In this document: one piece after another, positions 52,333-64,000 of the stretch
Layout: each line of letters opens with the position of its first letter
How positions within the stretch are numbered: position 1 is the stretch's first letter
DNA from: Callorhinchus milii
Lineage: Eukaryota
Length of the DNA stretch: 64,000 bases
Reading direction: 5' to 3'
Assembly: GCF_018977255.1 (NCBI RefSeq)
Contig: NW_024704743.1
Location: 434,001 to 498,000, forward strand
The notes under the pieces: model-generated
Databases searched by the model: none
The model's input: only the letters and a program-made list of their open reading frames with translations
What the model was told of the DNA's origin: nothing
Position numbers and translations under genes: made by a program

Positions 52333-52658
52333 AGTCCCACTCCCCCACTCCTACCCCAACTAGTCCCCACTCCCCCGCCCTTACCCCAACTAGTCCCCAC
52401 TCCCCCGCTCCTACCCCAACTAGTCCCCACTCCCCCGCTCCTACTCCAACTAGTCCCCACTCCCCCGCTCTTACCCCAACTAGTCCCCACTCTCCCGCTC
52501 CTACCCCAACCAGTCCCCACTCCCCCGCTCCTACCCCAACCAGTCCCCACTCCCCCGCTCTTATCCCAACTAGTCCCCACTCCCCCGCTCCTACCCCAAC
52601 TAGTCCCCACTCCCCCGCTCTTACCCCAACTAGTCCCCACTCCCCTGCTCTTACCCCA
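52333..52658. repeat. 30-bp minisatellite (YTACCCCAACTAGTCCCCACTCCCCCGCTC), ~10.5 units, embedded in a minus-strand CR1 tail (~52267-52688)
   Basis: Exact 30-nt period from 52351; flanks match the CR1 tails at 25480-25560 and 61185-61290. Confidence 0.95.
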
Positions 52659-55084
52659 TAGCCCTGCAAAACTTTTCCTTTTCAAATTCAAATGCTGTAT
52701 ATACAGTCTGTACTCAGTAAACCTGTTTCAGTTGGGATCATAAATACATTAATAATAATGTATAATAGTATAAAAATCCTTGCATTTGATACAGCGCCTT
52801 ATCACGTCTTCGAGACATCTCAAAGCGCCACAGGATGTTTATGATTTGGGGGTATTGCTAAAAAGGGATTCTTCGATGGGGAATCTAAAATGGGGGGGGT
52901 GGGGGGGTGGGGGGAGAAGGAATGGGTGACTTTCCAGTCAAGTGGATGTGTGTGTCAGCCTAGCCTGGTAGGATTCTGGTCTCAGTCATGTAATTAGGGT
53001 CCTAACTCTCAGTCCAGTGCATTGCTGGAGGGGTGCTGCACTGTGGTAGGTGACCAGTCGTTTTATTTGGGGGATTGTCAGCCTGGACACCGGGGGAGAG
53101 ACACTCCCTTTTCTTTTCAATAATTGCCAGGAGAACTTCATCGTTTCCCGAAACGGGTATAGGCAGGACCTCAGGTTTATGTCTTAATTTTAGCACAGTA
53201 CCTCTGACAATGCAACACTCACCAGTAGGGCTCTGGCTTGTCATCCTAGATGTGAAGTGAGCCCATAGCCTTCTGACCTCAAGGAAAAACTGCTACTCGC
53301 CAATCAAGCGTACAGCTTAATTAATGACAGATCAACATAAAAATCCTCACTCTCGCTTACAAATCCCTACACTGAAATATATAGCTGGGGTTGTTCTGTG
53401 TTGATAGGGATGGCTTTCTTTGGATGAGATGTGAGGGTGCCTGTTTAGGGTGATTCACTTCATTCGATAACCATCAATTGGGGTGATGGTGGATGGCCCT
53501 AAGTGTGGTATTATAGCTGTACAAGACTTGAATGGGGACCTTGAAGGTATTGCTTGATAGACACAGGGAGTATCTGATCCAATTATTGATTTGTATCTAT
53601 CTAAGGGTGGTGGGCACCAAGTTTTGTTTGGATCTGGTCTGGAACGCACTGCCTCAAAGGCTGATCATTGCAGATTCAGGAGAAGGGTCTCCTGTGCTGT
53701 AGGATTCTGTGATTTTATGACCCTGTCTTTTGGGACTGTATTAGGAAGGAGTGTTCAAATCTCTCTTCAACAACAGCAAGGCCCCAATGTAGGTTGAGTT
53801 AGTGTAACAACAAGAACAAATGACATTTGTATAGCGCCTTTCAAGTCTGCTGGACAGTCAGGGATTTCCCCACCCGAGCTGGTGGTTGAGATCAAGGTAG
53901 GATGTGGAGGCTTTGTAAACAGGCTTTACATCCAGTGGAGTCTTGTAATGTAGTAGTTAGAGCGCTCGCCTCGCAAGCCAAAGGACCTGGGTTTGATTCC
54001 TGGGCAGGACGAGCCCTCAGGCAGGCTTCCTCACTCCACACACGCACAAGGCTCTGTGTACTCTGAGCCTTGGGATGACAGCTGCTGGAAGAGCGCGCTA
54101 CAAGGTCTCGGCAACGGAATTCCCATAGGTTTGGGAATCTCGGATTGAACTGATTTGGCAGTGCTTCGTTTTTTGACGTCTTGCACTATTCGGACATGAT
54201 TTGCAGGTCAACTAACATGCCTAGGTCTCGTTCAGCTTCTTTTCTGGCAATGTTAACAGCTGTTTGAAATAACAGGACAGAAAAGCACAGTGAAATTAAG
54301 ACCACATTTGTGTTTCATTGCCCTAAATACTTCAACACAGAAATCCTCTTTAGAGCTTTTTAGCCGTAGGCTTTTTAGCCATTCTCGTTCCACTCTGAAA
54401 ATCGAGAATTCCCCTCACTTTAACCTCTATTCCCCACCTTTAAGTCCCACCTTCATCTATATCTTTGACTGCGCTTTCATTCATGTTTCCCCATCCGCAG
54501 CTCAGGCTATCAGCCAAGTCTCTAAAGTGCTTTGATGTGAAATACGCTATATAAATCTGACTTATACAGGGAAGCCTGGTGTGCTAAAAAAAATCGGTTG
54601 TTAAGTCGATTGGCAGATCGCTTTCTGGGTTAATAATCCCTTCAAAAAAAAATAATAATTTGGTCATTCAATCCACGAGTGTCTGTGGGATATGCTGTGC
54701 GTAATTTTCCACTGTGTTTCTCCCCTAAATTATACAGTCAATTAACCTTACAGTGTATCTTGTGAAGGGCTTCAAGACGACTCCACCTTAAGCATTCTGG
54801 GGCTCTACCTTGCATGAAAGGTGCTACATAAATGCAAGTTGTCATCTGAAAAAACGTGATAAGGCGCCATATGAGATTTAAGGATTATTATTCTAAATTT
54901 TTTTTCAATGACTTAGAGAAAGGAAATCGAAAGCAAGATTACAAGATACACCAAGGCAGCTCATTTTTAAAAAAATGGCTCAATGAACTGAGCTTTTTCC
55001 AGGAGTGTTTGCTATAATAAGTTGTTACATTATATTCGTAATTTGAAGCCTCGTGTATATATATATATATAGATATATACATAC

Positions 55085-55800
55085 CTGTCTCCTTTTATTG
55101 ATTTATTTCTACCAATTTCTTTGTAAAGGTCAGACAATTTCAGAATACTTTTGCTAATACTCTTCCATTCTTGAGACATCTTCCAAGAGGCACATCAGAT
55201 TGCCTGAGAGGAACAGTTATATTTGGGGAGAAATATCTGTAGCAGGCGTTTTCGCCCATCGTTAAAAAATCTTCCCTGGCCCCATCCCTGCTCTTCAACT
55301 ACTGCTCCATCTGCTTCCTCATCCTCCTTGACCCCTCTACTGCCTTTGACACTGTCGACCATTCTAGCCTCCTCCACCGCCTCTCCTACATGGTCCTGTC
55401 CTTGCCTGGTTTAAAGCCTATCTTTCACACCATCTCCGCTTTCTCGCCACGAACGGCTTCTCCTCCAGGCCCTGCACGGTATTGTACAGTGTTCCTCAGT
55501 GTTTCTACTCTGTTGGATAGCGCGCCAACCAAGTCCTTTCCACCCTGATATTTTAGGTATCATGTTGACAGATTATTTGAAGTTTCTTTCAAGACTTCTT
55601 CACGTATCATTATCCATTTAAACACACACACTCCTCCTCCACCATCTCTTTATTCACTGACCCTCTTGGGGTTTAAACGGAGGAAGCATCTCACTGCTGA
55701 CAATGAAAATACGCCATTCCTTCAAGAGGAGAAAACATCTNNNNNNNNNNNNNNNNNNNNNNNNNATAATCTCAAGAGTTTCCTATCACAACAGTCTTCC
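55085..55800 (-). pseudogene. Possible decayed death-domain-coding exons (interrupted by N-gap 55741-55765)
   Basis: EDCCDRKLLRL / RCFLLLKEWR / SWKMSQEWKSISKSILKLSD with plausible splice sites; in-frame stops present; similarity judged by eye only. Confidence 0.3.
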
Positions 55801-57124
55801 CTTGAGTAAAAGAACAACAAACTCGTAGTGTGTGATTTTTTTTTGTGCGTGGGATTCTGGCTTAGATTTAGCACCGTTTCCCTCCCTGGTTGTTCTCAAC
55901 TTTCTCTCTTTGGGTCGCTGTCTCTATTAGTTCTTTTCTCTCGTTAGGTCTCACCTCACCTACAGCTCACTTCCTGATTTAGCATCTCCCTACCTCTCAA
56001 ACTTGCCTACACCTGATTGAATTTCTTTTTGACCAAGCCTTTTGGTCACCTTCCTCCCCCTCCCCCCGGCTCGGTCCCGGGATCCGTCACTGTAAAGCGC
56101 TCTGAGACGTCGTCCAGCGTGGAGGGCGCTATATAAATCCAAGTTGTTGTTGTTCTTGTTGCGCACAGCAGCGTCCCACATACAGTCGTGGATTGAGTGA
56201 CAAAATTTTTTTTAAAAAAGATTATTACCGCCAGAAAAGCAATCCATCAATCGCCTAACAACTTGGCTGCTAGGTAAACAGAGGCGTGTGGAGCAAGGAA
56301 ACTCACTTCACAGTATACTCTGTGAAGCTCTTTGAGATGTCTTGAAGACATGATAAGGCGCTATATCAAATGCAAGGATTATAATTATTATATCAAATGC
56401 GAGGATTAATGTTAAGTAACACCCCCACAACGCCTGCTTTAAGGAGGACAATCCCAGCCTCTCTAGACTCTCGAACAACAGAGTATTGTAGTGAAGTTTT
56501 GTGGTGCTGAATTCTGACGAGAGAGGAAGCAAGTCGGAGGTTCCTAGGCGATGGAATGCCAATGTCGTTGTGAGATAATGATAGGGTTATAAATCACCCA
56601 GCAAATCACCCAAGGGACACAAGCTGGTGTTGGATTGGCTGCAATACACAGGTACATAGAGGCCGATTGCCTGAAAAGCCAATTAGGTTTAATATTACTT
56701 TGTGTTATTATTAATGCAATCAATATTAGGTTAATTATGTTAGAATTACAGGACCACAAGGTAATTAACATTAACGCCAATTGTATTCATATTAGTCACT
56801 ATATTTAACACTATTGTTTTATTACTCCAGCATTGTATTAAAATAACGCTAAAGTAATAAAATTGTATCCATTTCAACAGTAACATTGTATAACAGCAAT
56901 TCAGTGGTTTCAGCAAAGCAATTTCACCCGTCTCCGTCACGAACCCATTCCGTTATTGGTGCGCGGAGTTTTGTAAGGGCCCAGGCCAGCCAACTTCACC
57001 TTCACCATCATCTTCCTCCAGTCACCACACTTTAACAGTAAACGTGTGAAGCGCTTTGAGACGTTTCGAAGACGCGAGTTGGCGCTGTATCAAATGCAAG
57101 GATTATTATTATTATAAAGTATCA

Positions 57125-57640
57125 ACCCTGCCACAAAGAAAAGAGCTTTCCGTCTGACCATTTTTTTATGCCTAACCATTTTTGATTGAACTCCTTGAAT
57201 CATTGTGTATAAATTTCTCCAGTCATCCATGCCTTATTCATTGCAAAGTAGGTCAGCAATATTTTCAGCCGGTCCTCTTTCTTTCCAAGGATGATGGCTT
57301 TTCCGTCCTGCCCTGCAGCGATGCACAAAAATATAATCTTTAAGGGTTATTTGCTATTAATGCCTTTTGCAATTTTTCACCTTAGAAACCTAGACTTGCT
57401 CCCAAAACACACAGAAAAACACACCAGTTTTGTCCATGTTAAAAATATTGTGCCGACCATAATCACGGACCTTTGACAATTTCTCCTCCCCGCTCACTCA
57501 GAATCCGAATCTGCACACTCGCCCCTCACAGCAATGTTACGTCCTTCTTAAAAGAAGAGGCCTTTGAAGTTTCTATTTCCTGCCTAATAAGTAAGTGCAA
57601 TGGGCGAGAGCCATTGCCACACCAATTGATGTACCTTGTA
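57125..57640 (-). mobile_element. pogo/Tigger-family DDE transposase fossil (stops and frameshifts)
   Basis: Ordered motifs VRGECAD, NIFNMDKTGVFF (cf. DIFNADETGLF), FLCIAAG...IILGK, NKAWMTGEIY (cf. NKKAWMT). Confidence 0.8.
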
Positions 57641-57691
57641 TATTTGCAGTCTTTATGCAGTTATTGGTCACATTTTTCCTTTAATATATTT

Positions 57692-58205
57692 GAGTCCTGA
57701 AGTGTATTGGTTAGAGTGTTCACCTCGCAAGCGAGAGGACCTGGGCTCGATTCCCAGATGGGGCAAAACCTTAGGCAAGTTTCCTTCCTCCGCAAGCCTG
57801 TCTTTACCGAGCAGTAACTAGGAACCCGGTTGTTAGTCGATTGGCGATTGGCTTTCCGGGGTTAATAATCACTTAAAAATAAATGAATAGGTCACTCAAT
57901 CACAGCTGTTTGTGGGACACTGCTGAGCGCAATTGGCTGCTGCGTTTCGCCCACAAAATTTACAGTCAATTCACTTTACAGTGTACTCTGTGAAGCGCTT
58001 TGAGACCTCCATGGGTATTTTCCGGGGGTTATAATAATCCATTAAAAACAATTTGGTCACTCAATCCACGACTGCTGTGCGCAATTGACTGTCGTGTTTC
58101 ACCCACAAAATACAGTCAATTTTCTTCACGGTATATTCTGTGAAGCGCTTTGAGACGTCTTGAAGACGTGATAAGGCGCTGTATCAAATGCAAGGATTAT
58201 TATTA
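57692..58205 (+). mobile_element. SINE with duplicated 3' half
   Basis: Head at 57692; the body-tail segment occurs twice. Confidence 0.8.
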
Positions 58206-61174
58206 ATTTGGCTGCCGTGTTTTGCCCAAAAAATAGAGAGTCAATTCACTTTACTGCTACGGAATCAAACCCGGGTCCTCTCGTTTGCGAGGCAAGTGCT
58301 CTAACCACTAAGCTACAGGACTCCTTGAATATCTCAGAGTCAAATGGCAGGAATAACATCATCCTTGGCATAAGGCTGTGATGTCACGTTGCTATACTAA
58401 GCCTGCTCGCCAGGGAAGGCCTCTCAACGCTTGGTTCACAAGCCACTTAAAGGTCACTCATGCCTTACACAGCTTGAAGGACACTGTCAATTGATACCGG
58501 CACGTCTCAGGCATCAAAGTACATCTTTGGTTGATCTCTCTGCCATTATTTATTCGCTCGCAAAATATACAGTCAAATTCACTTTACAGTGTACTCTGTG
58601 AAGCGTTTTGAGGCATCTCAATGGCGTGATAAGGCGCTATATCAAATGCAATGATTATTATTATTTATGTCTGTCATTGAAACCCAGCAGGAGTTAACTG
58701 GTGTACATGAGTGCTTTACTGTACCACTCTTTAGTTTCCTATTAGCAATACAAACTCCCAGTGAGCCATGTTTCCTTGCCAACACAATGCAGGAGGTCCT
58801 ATGAACTGTTGATCATTCATTAACTTTGCATCCATCTCTCTGCAGTCAATTCACTTGACAGTACATCCTGTGAAGCGCTTTGAGACAGTTCAAAGACGTG
58901 ATGAGGCACTATATCAAATGCGAGGATTATTATTATTTTTTATGAATGATCCGCAGATGTTGACCGATTCATGAGATTGTGCAGTTTCTGTCTTCAAACG
59001 AGTTCAAACCTCTTGAATGTCCCAATCCACATCTGCTATTGATGTTCCCTGCTGGCTTTCTAAATATTGACTGTTGTAACAAGTTCAGCAAGCAGTAAGG
59101 CACATTGTGGTCTCCTATTGTGATTGCATCCGCCTCCCGAAAAGAGTTACTGTAGATCTCTGGTTGAGTGACGTTTGGCACATCATGGCCAGCCTGATTC
59201 TTTTGGTCAGCCGACACAAGCGGAATAGAGCTATCAGGACCTATCAGTATTTGTGTGATTACTGCGGGTTTTTCCAAGTCCCTTTAAATATTGAATACAC
59301 TTTCCAGTTCTTTCCCCATGGAATAATACTAATAACCCTTGTATTTGATATAAATCCCATCATTTAATGATAACAATAATCCCTAACACTCTGATATAGT
59401 GCCTTATCATGTCTTCGAGACGTCTCAAAGCGCTTCACAGATTATACCATAAAGTGAATTCACTGTATATTTTGAGGGCGAAATGTAGCAGCCAATTGCG
59501 CACAGTAGAGTCCCACAGTCCCAAACAGTCATGGATTGAGTGACTAAATTATAGTAATTATTTTTTTAAGGGAATATTACCCCCGGAATGTGATCCGCCA
59601 ATTAACTAACAATCGGGTACATACTTCCTGCTTGTTAAACGCTCTGGGATGCTACTCCTCATGAGGGGTGCTATATAAATTCCAGTTGTTGTAGGTAAAC
59701 AGTAAATTTGTTTACTGATATCTGGTTCTCTTTTGAAGGATTTTATCAACCTCAGCGGCTGCTTTTAATGATATGCATATCATAATAAGAAATTCCTTCT
59801 AATCTCCCTGACACTGCCATTTTGTCAGCGATTCACCAACAAAAGTTAATACGGTAAACTGCTGAAAACTCATCACTCCCATTGACCGGTTAGCTATACC
59901 GGCCGCTTACTGAGGTGTATAAATATGCATATTATCCGGCTGGGATATTAGCTTAAGCGATAGTAACAAGTTAAACCAGGGTCGAGTTATCAGAAGTGAT
60001 CTGTTGATCTTGCCGTGCTCCTTCAGAAGCTTAACCATTTTTATGCTTTCTCTCGTTGGCTGGTCTGTTTCAGTGGGAAAAGCCCTAATTTGACACTTGG
60101 CACCTTTCAGAGTTAAAGAGAGGAGAGGTCTCAAAGTGCTTCACATAATATACTGTCAAGTGAAGTGACTGTATATTTTGTGGGTGAAACGCAGCATTCA
60201 GTTGTGCACAGCAGTGTCCTACAGCCAGTTGTTGATTGAGTGACCCAATTATTTTTTTAAGGGATTATTATCCCTGGGAATCTGCCAATCGACTAATTAC
60301 CGGGTTTCTACTTACTGCGAGGTAAACAGATAAATTGTTTACTACTCAGGAACTACCATCTGTCCTGATTAATATGCAGCTAAATTGGTCATTCACTTGC
60401 TTGGATCTTTGTGGGATAGTGTAACCCGGAAATTGGCTGTCATGTTTGCCTACAAATATACGGACACTATACTTAAGAATAATAACTTGATCACTCAATC
60501 CACGACTGTTTATGGGACACTGCTGTACGTAATTTCATGCTGCGTTTCACACAAAAAATACACAGTCAATTAATAATAAGTAATAATCCTTGCATTTGAT
60601 ATAGCGGTGAGATATAGTAATTCACTTCACAGTATAATCTGTGAAGCAATTTAAGATGTCTCAACGATGTGATAAGGCCCCATATCAAATGTAAGGAATA
60701 TTATTATTATTAACAATAATTAGTAATGAGCCCTTTGAGACTTTTTAATTGGTGAATCACTATCAAAACCAAGGATTTTTTTGTAAAAAAAAGTAATCTG
60801 TGCTGAACCTACTCGTGTTTATCACGGCCTTCCTGTAATAGGGTTTCCCAAACTGAACACAATATCCTAATTCAGTTAACATTCATATCAGCATCTCTGC
60901 AGTATAAGCACTTGTGTGAAACTAGTGTTGGAAATCCACCTATCCACTTAGTCTTCTGATAACAGATACTTTGCTCATATCAAGTTTCCCTCATCTTCTG
61001 ATGGACAACCTGCACACCACTTTGCTGTGCATGTAATGTAAGTGGAGTGACCGCAGATCATATCAACGCAATGTCCATCCTGAGTTGAATGGCTGAAACC
61101 TGTGTGAGTTTTGTAAGAAGATTGACTAACTGGACCAATGTCACTCAAGTCAATCAGCACATTGTGGAACAATT

Positions 61175-61600
61175 AGAATCATCGAATCTTACAGCACTCG
61201 GCCCATTGAGCCTGTGCCGGCTATTTGAAAGAGCTACCAACTAGTCCCACTCCCTCCGCTCTTACCCCCATAGCCCTTCAAATTGTTCCTTTTTGAAGTA
61301 CCTTTCCAATTCCCTTTTGAAAGTTATTATTGAATCTGCTTCCAGGCAGTGCATTCCAGATTGTAACAACTCTCTGGGTAAAAAAATCTCTCCTCTGGTT
61401 CTTTTGCCAATGATTTTAAATGTGTGAATTCTGGTTACTGACCCACCCACCAGAGGAAACAGTTTCTCCTTATTAATCTATCAAAACCCCTCATAATCCT
61501 CTATTAAATCTCCTCAACCTTCTCTACTCTAAGGAGAACAATCCCGGCTTCTCTAGTCTTTCCGCATAACTGAAGTCCCTCATCCCGGGTATCATTCTGG
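61175..61600 (-). mobile_element. CR1 3' fragment of a second subfamily (relative on + at ~25350-25572)
   Basis: EADSIITFKRELERYF peptide and the shared GCTGTAAGATTC..TGATTCT tail. Confidence 0.85.
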
Positions 61601-62744
61601 TTAAAAAAAACAGTTGGTGATTAGTTCAGTTGGTGAAGCATTGAATGCCCCCAAGGAATAGTCCCACCAATATGGCCGTTGGTCATACTTGCCTGCGATG
61701 TTGCTGTGTTCCACTACTCCAGAACTTCTAGAACTCCCTGTGTCAATCCCTCTTCCTTGCCTATCCTTTCTTTGCCCATCTCGAGATAGCATCTGAAGCA
61801 CGCTTGGAGTTAGTTGATGGATATTTTAGCTTGGGAGACCAGCGTGGAAGTGATTGTGCAAGGGCAGGCGGAGAAACATTTAGATGAGGCGGTGAATTGG
61901 GTTGGAATTGGAATCGGGAGTCACAATTTATGTCACCTCTTATCTTAAGTGGCGCCTTCACTTTACCCTGTTTGTTAGTTCCCTCTATAAATATAGTTCA
62001 CTGCAGTCTTATGCAACTATAAGACTGTCTGTAGTTCTCTCAGGCTAGCACCTGTCTGGGAATCACAGAGAGGGAAAAACAGCTGATTCATAATTCTGAA
62101 AACTTCGGTTAAACAGGTATTGTGGAGAACAGTGATAGGGAACATCTGGAGGCAGTGCCTTATTCCAGGTAACGTAAACCTGTCTGAACACCCTCTCACA
62201 GAAAACAGGTTATTGGCAATATAAGTTTATAAAATATCGAGTCTTACAGTGTAGCAAGCGAGAGGACCTAATGTGTCACCACCACGTGCTCAATCAATAG
62301 CACATTATCACATCAATGAGACATCTCAAAGCGCATCACAGAATATTGCAAAGTGAATTGACTGTATATTTAGTGGGTGAAACGTGGCAGCCAATTGCAC
62401 ATAGCAGCGTACAACGTGACCTTTAAGACTTACTCTTAGTTACATAAGACTCCATTGAGTCTTTACTCCCTATATTTTCTGTGTCAAGCATATGGCAAAA
62501 CACACAACAGTCCTGTCGAATCTCATGTACAGCATTTCCTGTGACAGCTTTCTTTAGTATAAAAGTCATGTTCTGTATGACTAAAAAAAAGGTTTGTTTA
62601 ACATGTTAAATGAGGTTCCTGGTTTGGGAAAATAAATCATATACGTTGCATAATCCTGTCATACCGATCAAACAAATAAATTAATAATAATAATTTGGTC
62701 GCTCAGTCCACGACTGTTTGTGCCACACTGCTGGGCTCAATTGA

Positions 62745-63040
62745 CCCCTCTCTCCTCATCCTCTCCCCCCCTCTCTTTCCTCTCCCCCCCTCTCTCTCTT
62801 CTCCCCCCCTTCTCCTAACTCTCCCCCCCGTCTCTCTCTCTCCCCCCCTTCTCCTGACTCTCCCCCCCTCTCCTCTCCCCCCCTTCTCCTGACTCTGTCC
62901 CCCCCTCTCTCTCTCCCCCCTTCTCCTGACTCTCCCCCCCCCTCTCTCTCTCCCCCCTTCTCCTGACTCTCTCCCCTCCATTCTCTCTCCCCCTCTTTCC
63001 CCCCTTCTCCTGACTCTCCCCCTCTCTCTCCCCACCCCCA
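62745..63040. repeat. CT-rich minisatellite (CCCCTTCTCCTGACTCT core)
   Basis: Core occurs about 6 times with variable spacers. Confidence 0.85.
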
Positions 63041-64000
63041 CACACTCTGCTCAGTTATACCATTTTTCTTTTCGGTTTTCTGTCTGGGTTTTACCTCAAC
63101 TTCTCTCTTCTGTTGCCTTTCGTTTTCCTTTGATGAAGGAAATGAGGTTTAAAATAATAATTTCAGCAATTAATCTGGAGAGAAATGAGAGAGAGAGAGT
63201 GTGGTGGGGGGGGGGGGTTGTATTTCAAGATTGTTCCAACTTTTCTTGGTTCTGCCAATATTTTTATTTTGCCCCAAAACTTCTCTCTTTCTTCTGAAAT
63301 GAGGTTGAAAATAATAATAATTTTTTTTAGCTATAAAATAATGTAAAGTGCATTAATCTAGAGAGCAAATGGAGGGGGGGAGGGAGGGAGGGGGCTGTTT
63401 ATATTGTAAAACCTGGGCCCCCCTCTCTCTCTCTCTTTCAGCTCTACTCACTTTTACTATTTTCTGCTTTATTTTACCGAAACTTCTCTCTTCTTAAGGA
63501 AATTAAGTTGAACATAAACTTTCAGATGTAGGGGCGGAGGGGTGGGGGTTGTTTATGTGTCAGAGTACTTTTTTTAAAAAAAAAACTCGACTGATGTTGT
63601 TATTTCCATTTTCTGTCATACTTTGGCTAAAGGTCTCTCGTTTTTTTGGGTTGAAAAAAGGAAATTAAGTTTAAAATGAACTTCCACAAATCACTCTTCA
63701 GAGAGTGCGAAGTGAAAGAGAGAGAGAGAGAGAGAGAAATGAGGATTGTGTGTCACACATATACCCCCCATCCTCTCTCAACTCTGTTGAGCCATTATTT
63801 CTGTTTTCTGCCCTTAATTTCGGAGTTAAGGTTCAAAATAAACTTTTTAACCAATTAACCCAGAGACAGAGAGCGTGAGAGGGGGGGGAGAGAGATGGGG
63901 GTCGTGTGTGCGTTTAAACGTCAGGTCAGATACAACTCTGTTGTGTTGTGTTGTGCCATTGTTTTTTTTTGTGTGTGTGTGTATTTTCTCATTTGAGAGA

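Noticed and set aside
52261..52743. Repetitive PTPPLLPQLV / SPHSPAPTPT ORFs resembling extensin or the Pol II CTD
   Set aside because: Translation of a 30-bp minisatellite inside a CR1 tail
54150..54260. Acceptor-flanked minus-strand frame VNIARKEAERDLGMLVDLQIMSE*
   Set aside because: ERDLGxLVD is a CR1-type ORF2 motif, so this is most likely a LINE fragment
39000..64000. Expected upstream neighbours GGCT/NOD1
   Set aside because: No recognisable exons of either gene

Overview
Repeat-rich vertebrate genomic DNA. The SINE/L2/CR1/Penelope mix suggests a cartilaginous fish, possibly a holocephalan (inference). The one firm gene is a complete 17-exon glycyl-tRNA synthetase (GARS1) on the minus strand, CDS 38254->26590, 2181 nt/726 aa. 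It has a mitochondrial-presequence ATG plus a downstream Kozak ATG, upstream ATGs, an ATF4/CARE-like site, and a U12-type AT-AC intron 11. The left part is a ~10.5 kb near-identical tandem duplication across an assembly gap (2762-13304 / 13407-23824), possibly two haplotypes. Each copy has a Penelope-type minimal hammerhead motif (core intact only in the second copy), a 41-bp minisatellite grown from a LINE 3' end, and RFX/ETS-like motif clusters. The right part has a diverged ~170-bp inverted repeat with inward-facing poly(A) signals, a pogo/Tigger transposase fossil, a CR1-derived 30-bp minisatellite, and weak death-domain-like and RHIM-like minus-strand fragments that may be a decayed immune-adaptor gene (speculative). 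Most of the ORF track is repeat or low-complexity noise.
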